A DNA stretch of 62,986 bases, the filler included, from Reclinomonas americana ATCC 50394 (Eukaryota): assembly GCA_048213135.1 (NCBI GenBank). It is 7 parts of 4 records of this genome, joined end to end, with 100 filler letters (N's around TTAATTAATTAA, not from the genome) between each part and the next. Parts side by side here need not be neighbours in the genome. Positions count along the whole stretch, not along the records: positions 1 to 14,263 come from PS015191.1; 6 more parts are not named here. One strand, given 5' to 3'. Below the pieces are notes generated by a model. That model made no database searches. It worked only from the letters and a program-made list of their open reading frames with translations, and was not told where the DNA came from. The translations under genes and the position numbers were made by a program. This document shows, piece by piece, positions 1 to 12,319 of the stretch; position 1 is the stretch's first letter; each line of letters opens with the position of its first letter.

Positions 1-228
1 GACCAGGCGAGATACCGTTTGTGCCGGTGCGGCGGACGGAGATCGAGGATGTAGATGAGGAGGACGATGAGGGCGACTGGACATCGTCACCCGAGCAGTA
101 TGCGAGGGTTGCAGAGCACGCGCAGCACTGGTTCCTCGCGTTCTCGTTCTTTTCGCGCATTTTTATTGCTGGTTGGTTGCAAGTGAGAGAGATAGAGAGA
201 GGGAGGGAGGGAGGGAGGGAGGGAGGGA

Positions 229-266
<38 letters not shown>

Positions 267-2457
267 TAGGGAGAGACAACTTTGTATTTCTTTCCTGTCG
301 CTGGTGGTCTCTTTTTTGTCTTGTTGGTGGGTCGTATCGCCATTAGCATTGTCGGCGTTACTCCGTTCTTCGGTGCTNNNNNNNNNNNNNNNNNNNNNNN
401 NNNNNNNNNNNNNNNNNNNNNNNNNNNNNNNNNNNNNNNNNNNNNNNNNNNNNNNNNNNNNNNNNNNNNNNNNNNNNNNNNNNNNNNNNNNNNNNNNNNN
501 NNNNNNNNNNNNNNNNNNNNNNNNNNNNNNNNNNNNNNNNNNNNNNNNNNNNNNNNNNNNNNNNNNNNNNNNNNNNNNNNNNNNNNNNNNNNNNGACTGT
601 TTGGTCCTGGTCGATATCGCGTCGTTTTTCATCTGTCATATTTTGCTCCTACTCCTTACTTCTTTGCATTCTCGCCCTTCCCCTCTTCTTCCGCTTCTCC
701 TCCGCTGACTTTGGTGTGTGTGTGTGCCATCTCAGACTCTATTTCGCCACATATCTGTCACTACTCCTACTCCTTACTCATTTACATTCTCACCCTTCCC
801 CTCTTCTTTCCCTTCTCCTTCGCTGACTTTGGTGTGTGTGTGTGCCATCTCAGACTCTATTTCGCCACATATCTGTCACTACTCCTACTCCTTACTCCTT
901 TGCATCCTCGCCCTTCCCCTCTTCTTCCGCTTCTCCTTCGCTGACTATGGTGTGTATGACATCTCAGACTCTATTTCGCCACATATGTGTCACTGCTACT
1001 CTTTACTCATTTGCACTCTCACCTTTCCCTTTTCTTCCCCTTCTCCTTCGCTGACTTTGGTGTGTGGCATCTCGTATTCTCTTTCCCACATCCATCACTG
1101 TTCCTACTCCTTACTTCTTTGCATTTCTCGCCCTTCCCCTCTTCTTCCGCTTCTCCTCCGCTGACTTTGGTGTGTGTGTGTGTGCCATCTCAGACTCTAT
1201 TTCGCCTCATATCTGTCACTTCTCCTACTCCTTACTCATTTGCATTCTCACCCTTCCCCTTGTCTTCCTCTTCTCCTTCGCTGACTATGGTGTATGTATG
1301 ACATCTCAGACTCGATTTCGCCACAAATCTGTCACTATTCTTACTCTTTACTCATTTGCATTCTCACCTTACCCTTGTCTTCCCCTTCTCGTTCGCTGAC
1401 TTTGGTGTGTGGCATCTCGTATTCTCTTTCGCCACATCTCCATCACTGTTCCTACTCCTTACTCATTTGCATTCTCGCCCTTCCCCTTGTCTTCCCCTCT
1501 TCCTCCCCTCTCCTTCCCCTTCCCCTTGTCTTCCCCTCTCCTTCCCCGTCTCCTTCCAGGTGTGGTGGTGCTGGAGACTGTTTGGTTGTACGGCAACGTA
1601 TCGCTTTCGAAGTTCATGCTGACCAATACGGGCACTGGCATGGAGGCTGCCAGCGGCGCTGTATTCTTTGTGTCGATGTTGGTGGTGGCTGTCATGATTC
1701 GGGAGGCACAGCGTACCACGCACCTCGGTCGTCCACTCTTTCTTGCCTTTGGTGGTCGATTTGCCGTCGCATGTTGCGTGTGCGATCTGCTGTTGTTGCT
1801 GTTGCTGCTGGGCGGTGATTGCGGAACTCACCTTCCTCTCTCCCTGTGTGTGTGTGTGTGCACAGTGTACATTGTAGTGCTAGCTGTCTCCATTGGTGCC
1901 ATGCCGTTCGAGGACATTGTTGCGTATCGGTATGGCTCTCTCTCTTTCCTTCTTGATCGAGCTCACCACTGCGCTGTGCGCTCCACAGGTGACAGAAAAG
2001 ACGCGCGCCGATCCCACATGGTAGGCGCCTGTAACCTCCAGCTTGATCCCCCCTTTCACGCGTCTCACTTTGCGAGCGTGTGCGCGCGCACAGGCCCACT
2101 GGTCAGCCAGACTCCACCGTGTCTCTGTGGCAGATCGTATTCCACCTGTGCAACATTGTGCGGCTGGTGGCCGTGCTCATTGGCGCTTTCACGCTACGGA
2201 AGCACTTGCGAGCGTGGCTGGCGGCGACGTTTGAGAGAGCAATGGCTAGTGCTGCCGAGGCCACACCGGCACCGGGTGGACCATCTGCCAGTTCCGCACA
2301 GCGTGCTGGCCACTCGGTGCTTGGTGCCACGGGCGAAGCAGGCAATGGCCGTTTGTCTGTGTTGGGTCCGCGGACCACTGTGGAGATGCAAAAGTTGTCG
2401 CCTCACAAGGCAACCAAGCACACACTGCCAGCACTGCCACCAGCGGCGCCCCTGTAA
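1..2457 (+). CDS. Multi-pass membrane protein of unknown family, 5' partial, multi-exon
   Basis: Exons at 1-~145, 1560-1772, 1866-1918, 1989-2020 and 2093-2457 join through GT-AG introns into hydrophobic helices (GVVVLETVWLYGNV, AVFFVSMLVVAVMI, LYIVVLAVSIG, LWQIVFHLCNIVRLVAVLIG), ending at TAA 2455-2457. Linkage of the first exon across the N-gap is assumed. Confidence 0.55.
630..1500. repeat. Intronic minisatellite, ~110-120 bp unit, ~7.5 copies
   Basis: The GCTGACT(T/A)TGGTGT anchor recurs at 704, 822, 940, 1050, 1160, 1280 and 1395, with similar pyrimidine-rich sequence between anchors. Confidence 0.95.
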
Positions 2458-2616
2458 ATGACCCTCTAATTTTGCATCTCCCACGATCGCTTGCTTCTCA
2501 TCTCGTCTCCCCCCTCTGTTTTTACCATCGACGCAAATTCATTTTTTCTTGCTGTACAGGCACCACAGCTCCCTTCCTGCCTTTCCTCACAACAAACAGC
2601 ATACACAAACGGGCGA

Positions 2617-3768
2617 TCACGACTCGTCATCCGATTCGGATTCGTCGGAGGAGTCAAACATGCGCTTGTCGCGCTGCTCGGTGCGAGCGCCACTGATGGG
2701 TGGTGATGTTTGCTCTGCGCACATACACACACACACAGAGGTTCAAACGAGAAAAATACAACAGGGATTTCGAGCACGCGGAACACACACCAGCTCTGTG
2801 CTCGTCGCGCTTGGCGTCCTGCAACCACCGCACGAAGCGGAAGAAGCGATCGATAGGCTCCTTGCGCGCACGTGCCAACATGGACAAGTAGTCCTCGGAG
2901 ATCTGCGGCCGGAATCGCTCCACCAATCTGCGGCGCTGCTCGGCATCCATGCACTTGGCCTTGATGAGGCGAATCCTGTTATCGATGATGAGGTAACGTG
3001 AGTGCTCTGTTGCTCCGCGCGTCACCAGGCTGCCTGTACATACCACGACCGGCGAGTGAATTCCGTGTCGGCGCAGCACGAAAGCCGCCGATCCGTGTTG
3101 ATAATGGTGAAACCGTACGGTGTAGTTTGACCCTTGATCGTCGCCAATGGCACAATCACTCGTGTCTCACCATTCTGCACACACAGCGTGAGCAGATAGA
3201 TGTCCATCACCAAAGAACTCACGACAACGCCACGTACCACGAGTGCCATAGCACCGCGCTGCGTCTTCAACGTGGAGTCCGTGTAGTAAAACAAATCCAT
3301 GCCGCTGAGCACAAAGAACCGTCGCTTCCAGCTCTTCACCACCTTGCCGCGCTTCGTCAGCCATCCACGTTTGGTGGCCGACGAAAGCACCGCTGCGGTC
3401 GTGCGGGGTGAGTGCTCGAGGCGCAACACCGAGCAGGGGTCACTGCTACAACGCAACTCAATTGCAGGGAGAGACGCTGCATCTTCTCCAGCACCAGTCG
3501 ATCGAACAGGTCTGCACCAGTGCGTGTCATGCGGTCTTGAATGAACCACGCAAAAATCTGCGTGCTCAAAAAGTGCTCCATAAAGTCGCTGTGTTCCTCG
3601 TACTGCTCCTCCAAGAACCGTGTGTTGTCAAAGAGTTCCGCCGGCTCCGGGTCCTCCGGTGTCGGCCGAATGATGCACTCGTCGTAGCGTTTGAACATGC
3701 TCACAAAGATCGCAATGAATCGCTTCCTCAAGCGCTGGTGAGATCATCTCGGTGAGACTACTGCAACA

Positions 3769-3803
<35 letters not shown>

Positions 3804-6325
3804 ATTGCGTGGACGCAACATGAAGAGCTTTGGAGCTCGACGGCGAGTAGTCGGTGGCAGCAGCGGCAGCGGCGGCGGCCGCAGCAGCAGCCGAGGGCGA
3901 CGGCGCCACACCACCAGTGGGTGAGCCAGAGTAGGTGCGCAGTGGCAGCGCACTGGGAGCCGGTTCATCGCGGTCGCCATTGGAGCTTCCGGCACGATGA
4001 TAACTGGGAGTGGAGGACTGCGCGGAATCGGGCGACGGTGGTGTCGCTCTCGAGTGCGCAACCGCACTGCTGAGTGCCGAGGGCACATCTGGCGCTGACG
4101 ACGACTCGGCGGCCTCATTCGCAGGCGGGCTCCCGGGACTGCGAGAGCCTGTACGCACACCGACAAAAAGTGAGTAAGCACTTTGCGTACGGCACTGCGC
4201 TCTATCACAGGACAACGAACCACTGCCATTGGAGCGTGCTGGCGACACTTGCGAGTCACGCTGCAGCGCCTCGAGACGCGACGCCAGCAGCTCGGGTGGC
4301 GGGGCACCACCAGCACCGCTGCCGCTACCGATACTTCTCCGATGAATGGTGTGATTCAGGGGGAGGAGTCGAGGTGGCCGTCGATTGGTGGAATTGCGTC
4401 GGCGACCAGCGCGACGCTCGTCCGCATCCGACGCTCGCAGCTCGTCGTCGGAGAGCTCGTCATCCGAAATGTCGGTTGCAGTGGCAGCCGCCGAGGTAGT
4501 CGTCGGTGCCGGAGTGGCCAGAATCTGCGACACATGACACACACACAAATATGAGTGCAGTTCTTCAGCCATCTCTCTTCTTTGTTCCTCTCTCTCTCAC
4601 ACACACGCACCGCTGTCCGGTCGGTCGTTCGGTGAGCAGATGACAGGTTGGGATCGCGGGAGGATTCCACCAGGCTTGCCGTGTCCGTATCGGTGTGCTC
4701 GTCGTTGGAGACCGCATCTGTTCAACGAATGTCAGTATGCGCAGTCAAAAGGCAAATGCCACACGTCAAGCCGCACCAGAGGTCTCCGTCGCGACAGCAG
4801 TGGGCGGCGGGGTGTGCGGGTGGTCGTATGACGACATGTCGGAACCGGTATCGTGGCGCGATTCCTCAGGTCGGTCGGCAAACGGCGCAGATCGTCGTCG
4901 CCCGAGAGAACCCCGACGTAATGGTACACTACACGAGAGTGCGCCAGCCGTCAGTGCCATTAGTTCAACAAAGTAGCGTGACACAACCTACTCACCGACT
5001 GGGTTCACTTGCGTCGGATTCGACAGCGGTCATGCTCTGCAAGTGTCATCGACAGTGTGTGAGCAATGACTATTACCGCATAGTCACGGTATTGACTACG
5101 CACCCGCAACGAGGTGGCATTCAAGTTGAACTCGAGCACCGTTTCCTCCATAAAGGCGCCAGTCTCGTCATCGGAGTCGCTCTCATCCGTGCTGCTGTAG
5201 CCGTAGTCACCCTGGCAATCATCGGCGTCAGTATCGCCGACGCCTTTCGCACATGTCAAATGACACAGACCTCCTCTTCTTCCGACAACGTTCCCGAACC
5301 CGACGCTCGACCACCGCCTGCTGCCTTCACTCGAGCCGCTGATGCGCTCGGCGATTCGGCCACGGGACTCATGTTGTAGCGAGAGGATGCTCGTCCAGCA
5401 GCGACCTCCTGCTGCGCCTGCACAGGTCGGAAGAGGCGGTAGGCACCCTCCTCCAGCTGTGGGCATGTGAGGTCGGCAGGTGCAGCAGCTGGACTGCAGA
5501 ACTGGAAGCGCTCCAGTTCCTGTGCAGTCTCGCCCGTTAGACAACAGAGAAGAGAAAGACCACCGTACACAGCGTGAGAGCAGTCCACGTACCTTGCGAA
5601 TCTTCTTGACGTAGCGCGGCGGAAGAGTCTTGAGAATGTCGGGATGCTCCGACAGCAGCGCATTGGGCAAGAATACAGCATTCCGGTCCAAATCGACAAT
5701 GATGGCCTGGAGGTGAGGCGAGTGAGCGAGTGAGAGATAGAGAATCAAGGCACGGTGTGACGGACGCACGTGTTCGTGTGGAGTGTACGAGTTGAGGAAC
5801 TCGCGATGCGTGCCCATCAGATACGGGAAAGGAGCTTGCAAGTACTCCATCATGATCTTGGGCAACAGCGGAATGTACACATGCGGCCACTCAAACGGAT
5901 GCATGAGGCACAGCAACGACTCCGTGCACTGCATATCAACAGAGTCAATAAACAACACAATACATCGCTTGAATTNNNNNNNNNNNNNNNNNNNNNNNNN
6001 NNNNNNNNNNNNNNNNNNNNNNNNNNNNNNNNNNNNNNNNNNNNNNNNNNNNNNNNNNNNNNNNNNNNNNNNNNNNNNNNNNNNNNNNNNNNNNNNNNNN
6101 NNNNNNNNNNNNNNNNNNNNNNNNNNNNNNNNNNNNNNNNNNNNNNNNNNNNNNNNNNNNNNNNNNNNNNNNNNNNNNNNNNNNNNNNNNNNNNNNNNNN
6201 NNNNNNNNNNNNNNNNNNNNNNNNNNNNNNNNNNNNNNNNNNNNNNNNNNNNNNNNNNNNNNNNNNNNNNNNNNNNNNNNNNNNNNNNNNNNNNNNNNNN
6301 NNNNNNNNNNNNNNNNNNNNNNNNN

Positions 6326-6375
<50 letters not shown>

Positions 6376-7461
6376 TTTTCTCTCCTCCCTCCCCTCCTCC
6401 CTTCCCCTCCCTCCTCTCTCTCCCCTCCTCTCCCTCCTCTCTCTCTTCTCTTCTCTCTCTCTCTCCCCTTCCCCCTCCCTCACTGTCTCTCCCTCTCTCT
6501 TTTCTCTCTCTCTCTCCCTCTCCCTCTCCCCCTCCTTCTCTCCATCCCCCCTCCCTCTCCACGCACATCAGCAATCGGATAATCGTCTGCGCCAGGGCAC
6601 GGGAATGCGATCTTGCTGATGCCAACCGAGATGGTGCGACCGGTCTTGCACGGGAAGGGAACAGACAGGGCGTGATAGATTTGCTCGCTGACACGCACTG
6701 CGCACACACACAAGACATCAGATAGGGAGAGACCACAAAACACGCGCAGAGGATGCGTCGACGCACATCCAAACTTGGAACGCGGTGGCTGTGAGTTGAG
6801 GAACGCGCCAAAGAATCGGCCAAATCGCATAAAGTACTGCCAATGCGACACGATGCACAAGGCCACTGGCACATACAACGCCCGGTAGCGCACACCACTG
6901 CACCGCACAACGGGAGTCAGTCGGCCCCGTTGCAAACGTCTCCCCCCCGTGCACACGCAGTCGCCTACCTGTCTCTCGCCGCCTCATTGACCGTGTTGAT
7001 AAACTCGCGTGACATGCGCGAGTAGCGGATCAAGCAGAAGCCGTAGAAACGATGCCCATCCAGCTCCGTCATCACGAAGCTATGGTACCGCGTCCCGAGG
7101 CGCCGATCCGTGAACGAGATGCCGTTCTGAAAAAAACACACAATGAGGCGCAGCAGACTACACAGCGAGAGAAGCACATGATGTTGATCGCACCGGAAAG
7201 TTGAAGGCGTGGCTGAACTCGGGCAATGTGAAATCGGCGTGATCCGTGGACGGAACGCGGGCATTGATCTCGGGATCAAAGGTCACAGCAGGATCCAGCA
7301 GCGTCGATGCGACTATTACACAAAGAAAGTTGCTGTTTTCGTGACCAAGAACAACACGCAGACTCGCACACGAGAGGGGGACTCACTCTCGGGCTTGCTC
7401 TTGAGCGAGTTGAAGAAGCTGTCGCCCAGGCCCACCGTGACTACATAGTCAACCAGGCGGT
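2617..7461 (-). CDS. DENN-domain (uDENN-DENN-dDENN) plus PH-domain protein, putative Rab GEF; start codon not resolved
   Basis: uDENN: RLVDYVVTVG, FPNGISF...HSFVMTELDGHRFYGFCL. DENN: LMHPFEWPHVYIPLLP...LQAPFPYLMG. dDENN: RLRKRFIAIFVSMFKRY...FLSTQIFAWFIQDR. PH: KRGWLTKRGKVVKSWKRRFFVL. The last exon ends DESESDDES-TGA at 2617. Confidence 0.9.
6326..6560. repeat. (CT)n microsatellite and polypyrimidine low-complexity tract inside a DENN-gene intron
   Basis: Directly visible and flanks an N-gap. Confidence 0.9.
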
Positions 7462-7811
7462 CTGCATAATGTCATCCATGGATAAATTGAGCAAGCAGTA
7501 TACCATCTCTCCTCTCTCTCACTCTGCGTGTGTGCGTATCTGTGCACTCCTCTCTCCTTGGCACTCATTGTCTGATGCACGCATGCACACAGAGATGGAC
7601 GTGTGTCTGTCTGTTTTTCTCTCTCCTTCCAGTCATGAGCATCTCCGCGCACCTCGGCGCCCCCTCTCTCTCTTTCTCTCGCCTTCCCTTACTCCCTGCC
7701 GCTTAACAACACGCACCTGGTCGCGACCGAGAGCTCATTCTCCCTCTCTCTCGCTCTCTGTCAGCACTCTCAAGCACACACAGGACGACGATTGCCAATG
7801 CGACGTTCATT

Positions 7812-8889
7812 CTACCTCGGTGGCAGCTTGTGCACAAGACGAAGCCGTGCGGATCTGGCCGACGGATTCTCCGCCACCTCTGCATCACGCGGTCTCTTCA
7901 CCGGCAACACTTTGAAGGCGCCTTCGCTGTTGCTTTCGCGACAAACGTCGCACACGGTGCGATCCTCCAGCGAGTGGTACGTGACGACAGCCAGCACACC
8001 GCCGGGAGCGAGGCATTCAAGAGCAGCCCGCGTGCCACGCTGCAGCTCGCCGAGCTCGTCGTTGACGTACATGCGCAGCGCCTGAAAGGTCCGCGTGGCC
8101 ACATGCCGTCCGGTCTGCTGCGCACTGCGCGGCACCGCCACGCTCACGGCCTGCACGAGCTCCTGGGTGGTACGTAACCGTCCATCCGGTGCCGCCTCTC
8201 GCGCCGTCACAATACTCCGAGCAATCGGCCAGGCGAACTTCTCCTCGCCCAGCTGTCACAGAATGTGAGCGATTCACCTGCAGCTGTCTCACAAGCGCGC
8301 GATTGCACACCTCACGAATGATGCGTGCCAGTTGCGCCGTGTCCAACGAGTTGACCACATCAGCCGCCGTGGCCTCGGCATCCGGTCCCATGCGCATATC
8401 GAGCGGTCCATCGCGCTCCCGCATGAACGAGAATCCGCGTTCCGCGTGCACCAGCTGCTGCGTGCTGACGCCCAGATCAAACACCACAGCATCCACACTG
8501 CCGATGCCGACGCATCCTCGTGAACACAAGACCTCGTACACATAGACAGCGAGCGGGAGAGAGACGACGCACGTGTTTGGGGCACAATGCGCGGCCAGGC
8601 GACTGAACCGATCGTGCACGAGGCGGAAGCGATGGGCGCCAAACTCGGCCTCCACTGCCGCCCGCGCCACTTGCACCTCGGTACTCCACGAGTCGCGATC
8701 AATGGCCAGCACCGACGCCTTCACCGACGTTGTCGACTGCAGCAGAGCGCGCGTGTATCCGCCACAGCCAAACGTGCAGTCGACGATCAACGCCGCTGCT
8801 GCTCGGGGGTGGAAGTGGTGTTGACCGCTGCCTGTTACATAGTGCGACACAGCAGAGACGACTTCGCCAAGAAGCACGGGGACGTGCAT
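7812..8889 (-). CDS. METTL15: rRNA m4C methyltransferase RsmH/METTL15 (MraW family), 2 introns
   Basis: Motifs HVPVLL, VDCTFGCGGYT, IDRD, FDLGVSTQQL...RGFSF...DGPLDMRM, ATRTFQALRMYVNDEL, VTYHSLEDR, ENPSARSARLR; TAG at 7812. Confidence 0.95.
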
Positions 8890-8944
8890 GAATGAGACGG
8901 ACGACGGAGACAGACTCGCGCTCGTGACTGTCTGCTTTTTTGTG

Positions 8945-11900
8945 ATGGACGAGAGCGCCAGTGCGCTCGCCGCACACGCGGTGATGCACTTCCGGCAGCG
9001 CGACTATGTGCACGCGTTGGAGGCACTGCGGCGACTTGCGCGCGCCACCAGCACCACACTCTCCTCATCCTCCACGACAACAACAACAACAACGAGCACG
9101 ACAACAACAGGAACAGTGGCTTCTGCTGCTGCTGCTGCTGCTGCGCCAGTGTCGTCGAATGGTGCCAGTGGAGGGCAGTCGGCGGCAACGACTGCGGCGG
9201 CGGCGGCGGCGGCTGCGGCTGCGCGCGAGAGTGATCGCGTGGCGGGGGTCGACACCAAGATCGTACACAATGCCGCTGGTCAGTGTCTCAGTGTGTGTCT
9301 GTCTATGAGAAACACACGCGCGCTCTCTCTCTCTTCTCTTCTCTATTCACTCACGCGCGTGATTGATTGGATTCGCACACCAGTGTGCGAGTTCTATCGC
9401 GACGGGTGTCAGGAGACGAGCAAGTTGCTGACCAAGTTGCAGAAGCTCGTGGGGCGCACCTACAAGCGAGGTGTGTGTGTGTGTGTGTACATGTTGTCGC
9501 TCTGGCTTTGCTGTTTCTCTTCTTGTTGTTCGTGTTGATTTGACCACGCAGAAACCGAGGGCATGTACGATGATCCGGAGCTGAGTGTGTTGCTGTACAA
9601 CCTGGCGTGTCTGTACATGCAGCTCAAGCAGTACGCGGAGGCGGCGGCGGTGCTGGAGGCGCTGTTTCGGGCGACGCCGGGGGCGCTGAATGAGAGCATT
9701 CTGTTGCGGGTCGGTGCGCTGCTGCTCGACATGCTGCTGACCATGGCGGAGAATGTGTCGTGGTTTCGTGTGGCGGCGCTCTGCCGTCGTGTCCAACCGC
9801 TGCTCGATGCGCTGGAGAGCAGTGTGGCGACGTTGGATGTGGAGGTGTGTACCGTCATCCATTTTTGTCGAGTCATTCTGTTCGTTCCTCGCTCACACGA
9901 TCGCTCAGTCCAACTCGAGATCGAGTGCCGCTGCTCGGAACGGTGTGTCGAGCTGCCCTGCTGCCCTGTCACCTCTCTCTTTGTGCTCTTTATGCTCACC
10001 ATCGTCGGGGCTCGCCAGCGACTGCTGTCCGTGCCGTGTCGCCCACGCTGTCGACCATCGCCTTCTCTGGCTCCGAACTGCGCTTCCTGCTGCACATGTG
10101 CCGCGCGCGGCTCCAGCTGCTGATGCGCGACGCGGCATCGGCGCGTGGTGAGCTGCAGCTGGCCAGCGGGCAACTCGGTGCACCATCGGATCCGTTGCAT
10201 GCGCTGCACCGACACGCCACCGTGCTGCTGTCGGCACATGTGGAGTTTGTCAGCGGCAATCCACGCAATGCGCTTGCCATTCTCGCGCCTAACGGCTCAC
10301 CGCTGCTGTCGCCGCCAAGCGCGCTGCCGCCCTCCGACGTCGCTGGTGAGCGTCTTTCAACATGCACCGCATGTCACAGCTGCTCATGCGTTGCGCTCCA
10401 CAACAGATGCCAATGCCTCGACGGCCTTGTCGGTCGTCTACCTCAATAATATTGGCTGCGTGCACTATGCGATGCGTGCTCCGCGCGCGGCTGCGCATTT
10501 CTTCCGCCAGGCACTCGAGCACTGGGATCGTCACGTGCATGGTACGCTGACAGTCGTTGGTGTCTGTCGGTCATCCTGCGTCTTCCTCTGCTCACAACAT
10601 GGGCACTCACACGCACAGCCGGTGCCAGTATGGCTGTGGTCTCGTCGTTTACCCGCGACCGCAAATGTGAAATCATGTACAATTATGGCCTGCAGCTCTT
10701 GCTAATCGGCAAGGCACATGAGGTTGGTTTTTTTGGATTACTTTCGGCCGTTCGTGGCGCAAGCGGATTGGTTCTGACTGGTGTGCCCGGCGCAGGCTTT
10801 TGAATGCTTGCAATTTTCTTCTCTGTTGCTCGGGAGGAGACCACGACTGTGGTTGAGATTAGCAGAATGCTGCATTGCGTTGCATGCAGCCAAGGTCAGT
10901 ACATTCTCCCCTGCATTTCTCAGTTCCCTCTCTCCGTGTGCTCACACGGGTGTTGCAGGCCGAGGGGCAACGATCATCCAGGTCCGGCAAACTGTGGACC
11001 ACGAGCTTGTCTGTGCGAGGTCACTTCGCACATTGCCTTCCACCGGCGTCTGTGGTGTCGGATGGCATTGTTGCGGACTCGGAGCCGCTGGTCGACGAGA
11101 GTGCACGCCCCGTGGTATTCAGGTGCGATCCTCTTTCACGCCACTCTTTTGTTGTTGTGGAGCTTCGTCACGAAACCCCTGATACGTCTGCAGAGCACGT
11201 GACGGCGCGGTGTTGAGCTTGCCGAAACCGTCCCTCGAATACGCCGCTTCGTGTTTGCAGACGTGCCTGGCACTGATCACGAGTCTCGAACAACAGCAGC
11301 AATACGTTTCGTAAGCAGCCGTTTTCTCGCTGTGGGTGGGTGTTGCTGCTGTTGCTGATTGTTCTGTTTGTTTAGGATCCGGAGACGGCGGCGAGTGTCG
11401 CCTCTGCCGCTGCGCTCGAGTCGCAAGAGCTTGCATTGGTGCAGACAGCATGTCTGCTGCGCTTGGTGTACATTGCCTTGTGCCAGCACGATCCGTCGGT
11501 GGCACTCGCACTGTGTCGTCGACTGGTGGCCTCACCGCCCCCGGATGTCGACTCGAGGTGCCGTGAGCACGCTGCATAACAACACCATTTCTGCCCGCTC
11601 ACTCTTCTCGCGCAGAATACTGGTGCATCTGTATGCCGCCGAAGCCCTTCTCATGCTTGAACAAGTCGATGCCGCACTGGGACTTTTGTTTCCACTCCCG
11701 GAAGTTGCGTGTGCCTCGAAACGTGTGCACACGCCGTGTGTCGTGCTCATTGGTTGTGGTTGCAGGCATTCGCTGCCGTGGTGCCGGCGGCCGCCGACGA
11801 GACATCACTCACCGTACGACTGGCCACGTACTGCAATCTGGCCGCCGCATTCACGGAAAAGGTGTGTCAGCAATGCAGCAGATTCCACTGCGTCGATGAT

Positions 11901-12146
11901 CGCTCACGCCCCACAGGGACAACTGGACGCCGCTCGACGATGTCTCACCGCGGCTCTGCGTCTCTCACCGTCCTACGCACCGGCTCTGCTCAGTCTCGTG
12001 CACGTGGAACTGCGAGCCGGTGTGTGTCCATGCTGTCGATCACACACAATTTCCGTCAGTATCTATCTCACATGTTTGTTGCAGAGAATCCCGCGGCAGC
12101 ACTGCAAATCCTGCAGCAGCAACGACCGCCACCAACATCCTACTGA
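8945..12146 (+). CDS. CNOT10: CCR4-NOT transcription complex subunit 10 (TPR-like)
   Basis: Spliced motifs LLYNLA, YLNNIGCVHY, EIMYNYGLQLLLIGK, AFECL...PRLWLRLAECCI, SLEYAASCL, HLYAAEAL; ends PPTSY-TGA at 12146. Confidence 0.9.
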
Positions 12147-12319
12147 ACAGAGTGAACTCATACGCATGTGCACCACAGATTTTCACATGTCCACTAATCA
12201 ACTGCCTCACACACAAACACACTAAAGAAAAAAAGAAACCTGCCTCCCCTCTCTCCCACTTTTCCCGCCAACAGCCTAGCTAGTGTCGTCACACTGGATT
12301 ATGATGAGGTTGAGTGTGC

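Noticed and set aside
630-1500. CRISPR-like array
   Set aside because: Whole units are similar with no unique spacers, there are no cas genes, and the context is a eukaryotic intron.
1989-1995. In-frame TGA suggesting a recoded stop codon
   Set aside because: It disappears when the GTTGCGT donor at 1919 is used, and all three stops terminate well-supported genes.
7812-8889. rsmH as bacterial contamination
   Set aside because: It contains two spliceosomal introns of the host type.
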